Positions 28,727 to 37,981 of a DNA stretch of 64,000 bases are shown here, piece by piece. Position 1 is the first letter of the stretch; every line of letters begins with the position of its first letter. A program made the translations under genes and the position numbers. The notes beneath the pieces were generated by a model. The model had not been told where the DNA came from, made no database searches, and was given only the letters and a program-made list of their open reading frames with translations. Location of the stretch: assembly GCA_965197805.1 (NCBI GenBank), contig OZ240229.1, positions 1,638,502 to 1,702,501 of the forward strand. The letters run 5' to 3'. The stretch comes from Dehalococcoidia bacterium. GTDB lineage: Bacteria; Chloroflexota; Dehalococcoidia; Lucifugimonadales; JAAXIE01.

Positions 28727-29074
28727 TCCTTGCGGACACCCATACACTGCTTTAGTTGCGGGGTCGGGGAAGCCCGCCTGGGAGCAGGCGCAAGCCGGAC
28801 GCTCGATGACGCCCTTCACGTCGCTGTGTCCGCCATGACGTTCTGGGAAGTCGCAATGCTCAAGAGCAGGGCCGCTTGGACTTTCCCGAGGATGTTGGGC
28901 TGTGGCGCCGGCAAGTGCTTGTTCAAGGAGTCGCGGAGGTCCCAGTCGACGGCGAGCGGACCATCGTTGCCACGCACTGGGGGCCGCCTATTGCTAACTG
29001 CGGACGACCGAATCCTAGGATGGAGCGCCCCAACGGGCTGGATGCGAGGGAGTGACGTCCAATGCAGCCCATAA
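28723..29074 (+). pseudogene. vapC: PIN-domain toxin, inactivated (nonsense plus frameshifts plus internal deletion)
   Basis: ATG at 28723 gives MILADTHTLL then TAG. PIN-like segments continue in the other two frames (LHVAVSAMTFWEVAMLKSR; DFPEDVGLWRRQVLVQGVAEVPVDGERTIVA; LLLTADDRILGW). Confidence 0.7.
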
Positions 29075-29176
29075 TGGTTGAGCATGGACCCCAGCACGGT
29101 GGACCCGCACCATGCCTTCAATGATTGCAATGCAATTATATTATAATGATATGACATCGTAGTTGGAGGCGGTATC

Positions 29177-29422
29177 ATGGCCAGTATTACCGTGCGCAAT
29201 CTTGAGGATGGGCTGAAACACCGGCTACGGATCAGGGCGGCCGAAAATGGCCGCTCCATGGAAGAGGAAGCCCGGGACATTCTGAGAACGGCGCTCTATC
29301 ACCAGCAGTCAGGACAAGAAAATCTGGCGAGCGCCATTCGCGCCAGGTTCGCGCCCTTAGGGGGGGTCGAACTCGACATTCCCCCTCGTTCACCCATGCG
29401 CAATCCGCCTCGGTTAGAGTGA
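29177..29422 (+). CDS. RHH antitoxin (FitA/VapB-like)
   Basis: MASITVRNLEDGLKHRLRIRAAENGRSMEEEARDILR is the classic Arc/MetJ-type N-terminus of FitA-like antitoxins. Confidence 0.8.
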   Translation: MASITVRNLEDGLKHRLRIRAAENGRSMEEEARDILRTALYHQQSGQENLASAIRARFAPLGGVELDIPPRSPMRNPPRLE

Positions 29423-29431
29423 GAGACCACG

Positions 29432-29854
29432 ATGATTATCCTAGACACCAACGTCGTCTCGGAACTGATGCGGCTCGGTCCCGACGCCACCGTTGTGGAT
29501 TGGGTTGCCGGTCAAGCGGCTACCAACCTGTACCTTTCCACTGTCAGCGAAGCCGAACTGCGATTCGGAGTCGAGATACTGCCGTCAGGAACACGACGAG
29601 ACAGACTACTTGACGAGGTGGAAGGGATGCTCAGGGAGGACTTTGCTGGACGTGTCCTTTCCTTCGATAGTGCCGCAGCCCAAGCCTACGCCACGATAGC
29701 CGCCGCTCGACGCGCTGCCGGTCGTCCCATCAACCATGCCGACTGCCAGATAGCGGCGATAGCCCGCAGCCGAGGCGCGTCAGTGGCGACAAGGGATATC
29801 GACGACTTCGAAAGGAGCGGGATAGACGTGATCAACCCTTGGTCGGATGAATGA
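29432..29854 (+). CDS. vapC: PIN-domain toxin (FitB/VapC-like)
   Basis: MIILDTNVVSELMR...STVSEAELRFG...DCQIAAIARSRGASVATRDIDDF. Confidence 0.9.
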   Translation: MIILDTNVVSELMRLGPDATVVDWVAGQAATNLYLSTVSEAELRFGVEILPSGTRRDRLLDEVEGMLREDFAGRVLSFDSAAAQAYATIAAARRAAGRPINHADCQIAAIARSRGASVATRDIDDFERSGIDVINPWSDE

Positions 29855-30091
29855 ACACGGCATCGCCAGATCATTTTCGTAGGGAGAATCCGATGCGGTG
29901 AATCGCAGGGTAACGGTGCCAGTGTTGACCTGCTCTGTGTTCAATGGAACCGCTCGTTGGTGGACACCAACCAAATGCGAGCCGTACGCCAGCAGGGTAC
30001 CGGATATCCTGCATCTGATACTCGATTTTGCCCTCCACAATGGGCGTCTCACGGACCCGAATCATTGTGTCAGCAGGACTCCGTGATTGGA

Positions 30092-30703
30092 TCAACAGGG
30101 GAGTTCTCGTCGAGCCGCCATCTGAGTGTAGACATGGTCGACCATCTCCCGGTAGGTCTCAGGAAACGGGCGGCCGTGGGGTCGATAACGGCGGGCAGGA
30201 CGGGTGCTGCAGTCACGGGTTCGGCGCACTCCCACAACGTGGTGGGCCAACTCATGGGCCAGCGTTCTCAGGGTATCCCCTCCTTTGGCACGGTTGAGGA
30301 CTATCACCCCTGGGTGTGGGAACAACGGGAAATGGGTCTCGCCACAGTGCCAACCAAGAAACTTCCTAGCCTTTCTGTTCGATGCCCGGACAAATACCAC
30401 CGGCACGGATGGAACGTCCGCCAACCCGCATGCCGTATCAGCAAGTGCTTGCATCTCCTCTGGGGTCGCCCGTGCGAGGAGCCCCAGTTCCGCTCCCCTG
30501 CACTCGACAGAGTGCAGGGTGACCAAAGGGCCGTGTTCATGAGCAGGGATGAGGCACTCCTTCAAGCTCACAACCTTGGGCGGTGGCACGGGCACCGGCA
30601 ATGCCGACCAAGCCCCACCCCCTGTCGGCGCGGTGCGATGGGGACCGGTTAACGCGTCTGATTCGGCGTTAATTGGCCTATTTTGATCCCACAGGGAGGC
30701 CAT
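30092..30703 (-). CDS. putative zinc metallopeptidase (HExxH; SprT/DUF45-like)
   Basis: TLAHELAHHVVG follows a beta-rich segment (VIVLNRAKGG). The gene is divergent from the PadR gene. The start is uncertain (ATG at 30703 or 30751; the ORF track gives 30823). Confidence 0.45.
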   Translation of the reverse strand: MASLWDQNRPINAESDALTGPHRTAPTGGGAWSALPVPVPPPKVVSLKECLIPAHEHGPLVTLHSVECRGAELGLLARATPEEMQALADTACGLADVPSVPVVFVRASNRKARKFLGWHCGETHFPLFPHPGVIVLNRAKGGDTLRTLAHELAHHVVGVRRTRDCSTRPARRYRPHGRPFPETYREMVDHVYTQMAARRELPC

Positions 30704-30787
30704 GAGCACCAAACGACCGCCCTCGGGGTTGGGAAATTCCGGCGTAGCCATAGCGTTCTCCAAGGCAACCGTAGCTAGACTTAACCG

Positions 30788-30805
30788 CATATATATGTGT
30801 ATAAT
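30788..30805 (+). promoter_or_regulatory. candidate leaderless promoter and operator of the PadR gene
   Basis: TATAAT at 30800-30805 ends 7 nt before the ATG at 30813. A perfect 10-bp palindrome CATATATATG (30788-30797) abuts it. Confidence 0.35.
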
Positions 30806-30812
30806 CTTACCA

Positions 30813-31163
30813 ATGAGACGCAAGGCGGGTCAACTCATCCCCATCGAGCGATCGATCCTTGACGCTGCTATCCGCCTGCGCAGCCAGGGCGTCGAGGAGT
30901 TCCACGGTTTCCGGCTTGCGAAGGAAATCAAGGATCGAGGGGGCGCCCGCCTCCTCACCGCTCACGGGACGCTCTACCGGGCCTTGGGACGACTCGAACA
31001 GCAGGGGTTCCTGCACAGCACATGGGAGGACCCCATGGTTGCAGCCGAGCAGAACCGCCCGCGCCGGAAGCTGTACACCCTGACGGGAGTCCCGGCACCG
31101 CTGTGGGAGTCGTCCGTTCCTGCCCAGTCATCATCGCAACCTTCGTGGGGGACCACGTCGTGA
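30813..31163 (+). CDS. PadR-family transcriptional regulator
   Basis: HGFRLAKEIKDRGG...HGTLYRALGRLEQQGFLHSTWEDP...RPRRKLYTLT is the PadR winged-helix signature. Confidence 0.85.
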   Translation: MRRKAGQLIPIERSILDAAIRLRSQGVEEFHGFRLAKEIKDRGGARLLTAHGTLYRALGRLEQQGFLHSTWEDPMVAAEQNRPRRKLYTLTGVPAPLWESSVPAQSSSQPSWGTTS

Positions 31164-31180
31164 CAGCAACACGTCGGGAG

Positions 31181-32089
31181 ATGTTGAGCCATGGGTGGGC
31201 ATTGCCTGCGGCCACGTCCCTTGTCCTGTCCTGGACGTGGATGTATACGCTGGCCCTGCCGGAACAGCTGCGCACCGCCCGCCGGGAGGAGATCCGCTCG
31301 GACCTGCACGACCAGATGGCGCAGGACCGGGAGCAAGGCGTCAGACCGGCCCGGAGCGCGATCCATATCCTCTGTCGCATGGTGATTGGAGCTTGGGACG
31401 ATGTGGGCTGGTCCCTCCCCCACATTCCTTCAGCCTTGGCTGGATACCTGATTCGTGGCAGCGATGCCATCGGTCACGGGCGTCCGTCTCAGTGGGCAAT
31501 TGCGGCCCTGGCGGTGTTGGGTCTGATGAACTGGGTTCTGGCCATGTCGGACCGGCACCACCCCTGGTTTGAATGGCTCCTCGTCAACGCGGGGGTGTTG
31601 GCAGCCACTCTGCTCCTGCAGAGGCACAGGCACAGGTGGGTGAAGCGCCTCTTCCTCTCGTGGGGCGCTTCCATGGTTGTTCTGACTGCCGGTATGGCTA
31701 TCCTGGCATCTCGGGATTCCCGACTGGTTCGATTGCCCGCGGACTACGAGTTGATCCTTGAGGCCATCCTGCTGACTCCGCTGATGGTCCTCGGATTGCT
31801 GGTGGCCGCCAGGATATGCAGGACCAATGCCTTTGAGGGCAATTGGTGGTGGCCGGTAGCGCTGTGTTTGACGATCATCGGCGTCGCCCTCTGGGGCTCC
31901 GGCATCGCGGTGGATGGAAGCCCCGAGAACCTTCTTGAGGTCTCGGTGGCGACCGGGGTGTTGGCCGTTGGGTGGGCAGCCCTGGCTGCGACCTCTGCAT
32001 ACGGTTCCAGGGTTGTCTGCCATGCCGGTTTCAGGGGCACCGCTGGATGCATGCGCCTTTTGGCCAAAGGTGTCGGTCACATAGGTTAG
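31181..32089 (+). CDS. PadR-associated multi-pass membrane protein
   Basis: An amphipathic N-terminus (REEIRSDLHDQMAQDRE) is followed by at least six hydrophobic helices. An alternative GTG start at 31160 overlaps the PadR stop (GTGA). Confidence 0.6.
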   Translation: MLSHGWALPAATSLVLSWTWMYTLALPEQLRTARREEIRSDLHDQMAQDREQGVRPARSAIHILCRMVIGAWDDVGWSLPHIPSALAGYLIRGSDAIGHGRPSQWAIAALAVLGLMNWVLAMSDRHHPWFEWLLVNAGVLAATLLLQRHRHRWVKRLFLSWGASMVVLTAGMAILASRDSRLVRLPADYELILEAILLTPLMVLGLLVAARICRTNAFEGNWWWPVALCLTIIGVALWGSGIAVDGSPENLLEVSVATGVLAVGWAALAATSAYGSRVVCHAGFRGTAGCMRLLAKGVGHIG

Positions 32090-33126
32090 GATGTCCGCAT
32101 TTCCAGAGCCCGGATCACCTGCCCCTACCACGGCTGGAGCTTTGGCACCGATGGCGCGCTTGCCAGCATCCCTTATTTCAAGGAAGCATATGACGAGCAG
32201 TTGGACAGGTCGCAGTGGGGTCTCATCGAGGTGCCCCAGATGGCCAACTACAAGGGGCGGAATTTGGGCTACGTGGGACCCCAAGGCACCGGCCTTCCAG
32301 GGCTACTTGGGCGATATGAAGCTCCATTTGGATAACCTGCTGGATTGCAGGGATGGCCGCGAGGGAGGCTCCGAAGTGTTGGGGGGTATCCAGAAGTGGG
32401 TAATGCCCTGCAACTGGAAGTTTCTGTCGGAAAGCTTCGCTGGCGATTCCTACCACAATATCAGCCACCGCTCAGTGGACCTAGCACGCATCGGCCCCAG
32501 TGGACGAGCTCGCCGCGACAATGATCAGCATGGAGGTTCCCAGAGGCTGCTTATCTCCTTTCCAGGCACCGGCCATGCAGCAACCGGCGTGCGCCAATCG
32601 GAAGATTCGCCGAACACAACGTTCTTCGGGGACGATCGTATCGTGAACGAGTATTTCGCGCATGCCACGAGGAACGGAAGAAGCGCTTGGGCGACAAGGC
32701 CCGCATCTTGGGGATTGTTGCGAACGTCTTCCCCCACATGTCGTTCCTAGCGAGGCAACCGAGGTCCATCGCAGTATGGCACCCGCGGGGAGCTCTACAA
32801 ACGGAGGCGTGTCGCTGGTTTCTGGTGGATAAAGACGCTCCCCAAGAGGTGAAGGACGCCCTGCGTCACTACTACATGCGCTACTCCGGTCCGGGCGGTA
32901 CGACCGAACAGGACGACATGGAGAACTGGGGATATGCCTCGGGAGCCAGCAAGGGCACCATCGCTCGCCGCTACCGTACAATTACCAGCAGCGCCTTGGC
33001 AAGGGCGATCCGAAAGGGCCCGTCCCGGGCGTAGTCGACAACCACATTTCTGAAGAGAACGTGCGTTGCTTCGATGGTCGCTGGGCCGAATTTATGGACG
33101 CACCCAGTTGGGACCAACTGATGTAA
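32090..33126 (+). pseudogene. Rieske ring-hydroxylating dioxygenase alpha subunit, 5-prime truncated and multiply frameshifted
   Basis: It begins mid-Rieske domain (ITCPYHGWSFGTDG) and lacks the first CxH. It continues in other frames: IWATWDPKAPAFQGYLG...NWKFLSESFAGDSYH; FPHMSFL...AVWHPRG...YYMRYSGPGGTTEQDDMENW; RRYPYNYQQ...WAEFMDAPSWDQLM-stop. Confidence 0.75.
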
Positions 33127-33131
33127 GGTGC

Positions 33132-33165
33132 CTGGTGATTTAGGGTGGCTGGTGATTTAGGGTGG
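33132..33165 (+). repeat. perfect tandem duplication of a 17-mer
   Basis: CTGGTGATTTAGGGTGG occurs twice back to back (33132-33148 and 33149-33165), just after the dioxygenase alpha stop. Confidence 0.9.
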
Positions 33166-33239
33166 TCCCCAGGGGCAAGGAGCAGTCGGGGAACAGGACA
33201 AAAGCGTACCTGGGAATGGCTTCAGATTGGGCTACTTCA

Positions 33240-33725
33240 TCAGACCAGAAACCGGAGGCCCGGCATCTCCACGCCGTCGTTGACCAGCAGGACCTTTTTG
33301 TAAGCCACTTTGAAGTCGTCGCCTTCGGGGCGCAATCTATGGGTGGAGCTCCCTGCCCAAATATTGTGCCAAACATCAACGCTGCGTTTGCGCACTTCAT
33401 ATATGAAGAAGTTGGAGTGAACAGTTATCTCGCCGGTCTCTTCTTCGATGGTCTCGATATTCGACACCACCCGGCGCAGGTTTGACTTGGGTTCTTGGGA
33501 CCAGGCGGTGCCGGTCTTGAGGCGAGCAATTCGGGCGGCGATGCCAGCTCTGTCGGCATAAATTATCGATATGTGGTGGAGAGGGTCCGTGTCATCGCCG
33601 TCGCACGGCACCCAATAGATGGCATCGTCGGCCCACAGGGCTTCCCATTCATCGTAGCAGTGCTGGTCCATAAAACGAGCCTCGCGGTAGATGAAATTCT
33701 CGATTGCAGTACGATCTACAGCCAT
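33240..33725 (-). CDS. ring-hydroxylating dioxygenase beta subunit (NTF2-like)
   Basis: IENFIYREARFMDQHCYDEWEALWADDAIYWVP...IYADRAGIAARIARLKTG is the typical beta-subunit N-terminal pattern. The frame is intact over 161 aa. Confidence 0.85.
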   Translation of the reverse strand: MAVDRTAIENFIYREARFMDQHCYDEWEALWADDAIYWVPCDGDDTDPLHHISIIYADRAGIAARIARLKTGTAWSQEPKSNLRRVVSNIETIEEETGEITVHSNFFIYEVRKRSVDVWHNIWAGSSTHRLRPEGDDFKVAYKKVLLVNDGVEMPGLRFLV

Positions 33726-34196
33726 AGGATCAAGCCATCACCAGTTGAGGTTGAATAGGAAGGCTAATCGTGAGACACGGCCACTTATGGCTGTGTCATC
33801 ACGTCAAAACCCGGCACATAAGCGTGATGTCCCATCTACATGTCTAATACCTCTTCGGCTAACAGTTCGCAGCCTGGACATCCAGCCGCTGTTCGCCAGC
33901 GGCATGTCCTACACCGAGATCGGCGAGGCCTCTTCGGTGGGCCTATTTTGACGATAGACAGAACCATCTTCGAATTGTGGCTAGGAAGATTGTAAGGGAG
34001 CGCTGTACGGTAGCCAGTACCATCTCAGAGGTCCATAGACCAGCACCTGGCTTTAGGTAGAACACACATCGGCCATTACAAATCGGGATACTTTAGCAGG
34101 TCACGGCCCATCAATCGCTCCCATGCCTGCTTGCAGTCTCTGGCAAAGGTCTCGAATCGGCTGTACCTCCAGTCCCGGCCTTCACCGTGATTCCAC

Positions 34197-36048
34197 CTAG
34201 TCATCAGGGTAGCCCAAGTTGTGCCTTCCTCTTTGTGACCTCCATAGAACTTGGCCAGCCTGAGGTGCTTCTCGCTCATCGACCGAAACCGGGAGCCGAT
34301 CCAGGGAGCTCGAAGATTCCTGTATCGCTGGGCAACTTCTCCTGGTGTGAGGGTTGGATCGATCTCCATCGTGATGCGACTCGATATAGGCTGGTTCAAC
34401 ACCATACGAATCCCACCCCGCGAACTGTTCAGACTTTCCGGAGGAGCGCAACCGGCGCTCAACGCCTTCCAGCACCAATCGCAGCCTGCCCCTTGTCAGC
34501 AGGCGGTACAGCGGAGATGACCCAAGGGCATCGGCCACAGCTTCGTCGACGGGCCATTCTCTGGCGTATGCAGTCTGCTCCTTCAGGAATCCGGCGGTAA
34601 CCGCGTCGGCCTTGTCCAGTCCACTCTCACGCAGGCGGCTGGCCAACTCCAAGACTAGCCTGTTGTAGTCCTTCGTGGTCTGACGGCATATCATTCTACG
34701 GACCAGGAAACTCTCCAAGGCACTGAAGGCCCTGATGCGCGTTCCTTCCTCAGCCGACAGGAGCAGTAGAAGTACGGGGGTAATCACGCCGGCCTGCATG
34801 ACTTGCACGTGATAGTAGAACGACTTCTCACCAGGGCTGCGGCCCCTGGTCGACTCGAAATTACGGTAGTTCACTAGGTCTTGTTTGAGCCCCGTCATCA
34901 CCGCGTGGATCTCTTGGCCATCAACATAGCTGCGAAACACGTCAAATACCCTTGACGGTGAAACTTCCGAACCCGTGCCCATCGCCAGCCAGTAGTTGAG
35001 GAGCATGTCTAGGCGCGGCCTGTACAGGCGGCCTTGTCTGACCTCCAATCTCCACCACCCATCGTCCAGGTTCCCCCAGATGTCACCCTGCCGGTCTCGC
35101 TCCTGAGAGAGGACAAAGTTCTTGATGAGGTCAGACTGTTCAAGCGGAGTGCCACGGGCATTTAGCGTCTCGAATATGAGGTTCGGATCGTCCTTAGGGC
35201 TGAGGTCAATCACTACCATCTGGAGCATCGACGTTGCCGCAGCCTCAAGCGCATCGATTTTGGGCTCTATTGGCCCTGCTGCGTCTTGAAGCCATTTGCG
35301 GACTTGCAGTTGGAAGAACTCGTGGGCTTGGACAATCAGCGACCCCTCGAAGTCGTTTACGGCGAGTCCATTGTCCATGGCGTGCCTGAACGCTTCCCTG
35401 TCGCCCCTGGTGGGCCACAGCTTGAATATGTGAAGCCTGTCGTCCCCTATGAGTTCTTCGTCGTTGGTAACAAGCTTGGCCAGACGCCTTGCGACTCTCT
35501 TGAGGTATGGTTGGTCTGACTCCTCGCAAATCTGTTGAATAGCGTCCAGAAGAAGTTGGAGGGTCGTCACCCTCTGTTGGCCGTCAATCACCTCACGCTG
35601 ATCGATGTCTTTTGCAGCCGTGGGGACCTGCTTGAGAACGACGGCGCCTAGGAAGTGTGGACTTGTCTTCTGCTCTGCTTCGACTCCGTCGTTACCTGAG
35701 CGCTCTAGCAGGCTGCGGAAAAACTTTTTCGCCCACCAGCAAACGGAATATCTATGACGATAAGGTAGTATAAATCGTCAAAACTGCTGTGATACGTTAA
35801 AATAATTACAGGCTATTGATGAATTGCGTCGTGCTAGATTATGCCTCTCCCGTCACATCGAGTTGCGACACCCATTTTCCGCAGCCTGCTAGTTCTTCAA
35901 GATAGTTTTCGGCCACGTTGCGGACATCTTCCCAGAGCGGTTCCCATTGGTTGTCCTGGGACCAAACGTAGGGACGCTGAAAGGGCGGGATAGTGTATCG
36001 GACCTCTTTCTGGAAGAGGTCTTTAGGAGTGAGAATGTCCGTGTGCAC
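34197..36048 (-). pseudogene. DUF262-family (GmrSD-like) gene, split by a MITE and lacking the C-terminal DUF1524/HNH part
   Basis: The N-terminal piece reads IPPFQRPYVWSQDNQWEPLWEDV (36048-35892). The body reads HFLGAVVLKQVP...VIDGQQRVTTLQLLL (35707 downward). No H-x-x-P or HNH-type nuclease motif follows RLRLVLEGVERRL; unrelated sequence follows instead. Confidence 0.75.
35708..35889. mobile_element. 182-bp MITE with 15-bp perfect terminal inverted repeats and TA target duplication
   Basis: The TIRs are GCAGGCTGCGGAAAA (35708-35722) and its exact reverse complement (35875-35889). TA lies at 35706-35707 and 35890-35891, and the interior is AT-rich. Removing the element plus one TA restores ...AENYLEELERSGNDGVEAEQKTSPHFLGAVVL in frame. 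Confidence 0.7.
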
Positions 36049-36102
36049 TGGGACCTCCTGTATATTCTTGGACTTCCTTAGCGGTTAACGTTCCCTCTGC
36101 CT

Positions 36103-36438
36103 CTATTCATTCACCAGGACGTCAATCGTGGTGCCGAGCGCACTGGCGATGCGGGCCAAGGCCGAGGTCGATCCCGGTTTTCGCCCACGCTCAATCTCCG
36201 AGAGGTACCCCACGGCTATACCTGTTTTCTCGGAAAGTTCCCTCAAGGTGATGCCTAAGTGGTTCCGAAACGCCAAGATGGGACCCTTCCCACGCATAAT
36301 GTCGAGGGCGACCTTATGGGGAACACGCACGCCGTCGTCCGCTTCCTGGGCGGCTAGCATGTCCTCAAGTTGGCTGTTGCGCTCAATGAGAGCCTCGTAC
36401 TCCTTCCGGGTCATGGTGATGGTCTCTTCGCTAGTCAT
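36103..36438 (-). CDS. XRE-family HTH antitoxin (HigA-like)
   Basis: LGITLRELSEKTGIAVGYLSEIERGRKPGS is a Cro/C1 HTH. The gene lies downstream of, and overlaps by 8 nt, a RelE/ParE toxin gene. Confidence 0.85.
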   Translation of the reverse strand: MTSEETITMTRKEYEALIERNSQLEDMLAAQEADDGVRVPHKVALDIMRGKGPILAFRNHLGITLRELSEKTGIAVGYLSEIERGRKPGSTSALARIASALGTTIDVLVNE

Positions 36439-36688
36439 AGGCCTCCCTCCTGTGTCGGACTCTTAGCACTATCAAGGTAGACGGCTCGCCGTGTTGAGTG
36501 GTGAAGATTACGCGGTGGTGACCGACCCTCAACCGCCTGTAGTCACTGCCGGTCAGCGAGGTGACCTGCCTAGCAAGCGAAGCGGGGTTCTCGGCATACT
36601 GCTCAATCTTAGTGATGATCCGCTCTCTGTCCCGTACGGTGAGGCGGCGCATGTCCCTGATCGCCCGTGTGCCCCATTCGATTTGCAT
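36431..36688 (-). CDS. RelE/ParE-family toxin
   Basis: From the ATG at 36688 it reads MQIEWGTRAIRDMRRL...YRRLRVGHHRVIFTTQHGEPSTLIVLRVRHRREAY. Confidence 0.85.
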   Translation of the reverse strand: MQIEWGTRAIRDMRRLTVRDRERIITKIEQYAENPASLARQVTSLTGSDYRRLRVGHHRVIFTTQHGEPSTLIVLRVRHRREAYD

Positions 36689-37689
36689 TCCCTCATGCAT
36701 ACCCTCTATTTTCTCCATCGGAGAACAGGCCGTCAAGGGTCCACACGGGAGTGCCGACTACAAGGCGTGGCCAATCGCGAAGACGCAGACAGGCTCCAAA
36801 ACATCGGAATTTGCGCCAAACCGGTCCCAGCGGTCCCGTCTAATCCGCCGTCCCCATGGAGCCCCCTAGGCACGGACGCACATGCCCCCTCACAGGGGCA
36901 AGAGATCCGTCGTAGCGTTGGCGGTGTTCTACCCGCATACAGGAGAATGAGCGGGGCGGCAAATTGCGGTAGGGAGATTCCGTAGCCGGAATTGAGGTGA
37001 ACGGGGCTGCCTGCCACATCGGAGCAAGCGATCCGATTCCGTAGCTCCTTCCACCCCTAGCAAGACAGTCTCAGCTACGAGAGTGGATAAAACACCGGGC
37101 CGGGGAGTCGAGAGATACCGGACAGCCTCAGCTACGGAAGTGGACAGGATGCCGGCCGGGTCTGCGGAGGTGATGAGAGCCGGAGCTGAAGCCGCCACGC
37201 CGGTTCCTGTGAGCCGCTCAGTCTGTGTCCCCGCCCTCCGCAGTCGGCTCCGGCGTAGCCCTTGGAACGGAACGCCTGACACCGCAGCTGAACGCGGACT
37301 ATCATTCGAGCAAAGGAGACACAGCCCACGCCAGATCGTCTCGTGCCGCTCCGCGGAGAAGGACGGCGAGGCCCGCGCCGCCGTGGCCCGGCGATTGGTC
37401 GATGGTCTCCGCGCCAACTCGTTCACCTCTCTGCGGTTTGCCGCGACTCATCGGATCACAGCTCGAAAGTGCAATCGGTTTTCGGACGTTTTTCGCAGTG
37501 CCTGGGATGTACAGAGATTTGGGACTGCAAGAAAATGCAATCTGGGTCGAAGAAGAGGGCTGTGTAGATACGGCCCCTACAGGAAAGTAGGAGGGCGGGG
37601 CAACGAGTTTTCTTGACGCTCGGTGTCAGCCGATTGCACTTTATTGTATTGTAGTCTATTGCAGCTTTGAGGGTCAGGCGGGGGTGGTC

Positions 37690-37943
37690 ATGGGTGCTGA
37701 GGGTGGGCCAGAAGGGGTCGAGCGGGCCGGCCAGAGCCAGGACGACGGCCGTCTGTGGGAGGCGTTCCAGGAGCTGGTGGAGGCCAGGGGCAGACAGCAG
37801 CAGCCGATGCCCTTGGGGTGAACTACCGTACCGTGGTGGCGAACCTAGAGACGGACCGGCTGTCGCGACGGATGCGGACGGCGGTGCAGCGGTTCGAGAA
37901 GGAGGAGCCTGAACCTGACGAACCCGAGCAAGCGCGCTACTGA
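37690..37943 (+). pseudogene. small HTH-like protein, apparently frameshifted
   Basis: ATG at 37690 gives MGAEGGPEGVERAGQSQDDGRLWEAFQELVEARGRQ... then a stop. The continuation AADALGVNYRTVVANLETDRLSRRMRTAVQRFEKEE lies in another frame. Confidence 0.3.
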
Positions 37944-37981
37944 AGAGTCAGGGGGGCGAATCAGAAACAGCGGAGCAGCGG

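Noticed and set aside
36929-37616. ORFs 36929-37426 (-) and 37083-37616 (+)
   Set aside because: They overlap each other in a region dominated by short periodic repeats. Both translations are Arg/Ala/Ser-rich with no domain signature.
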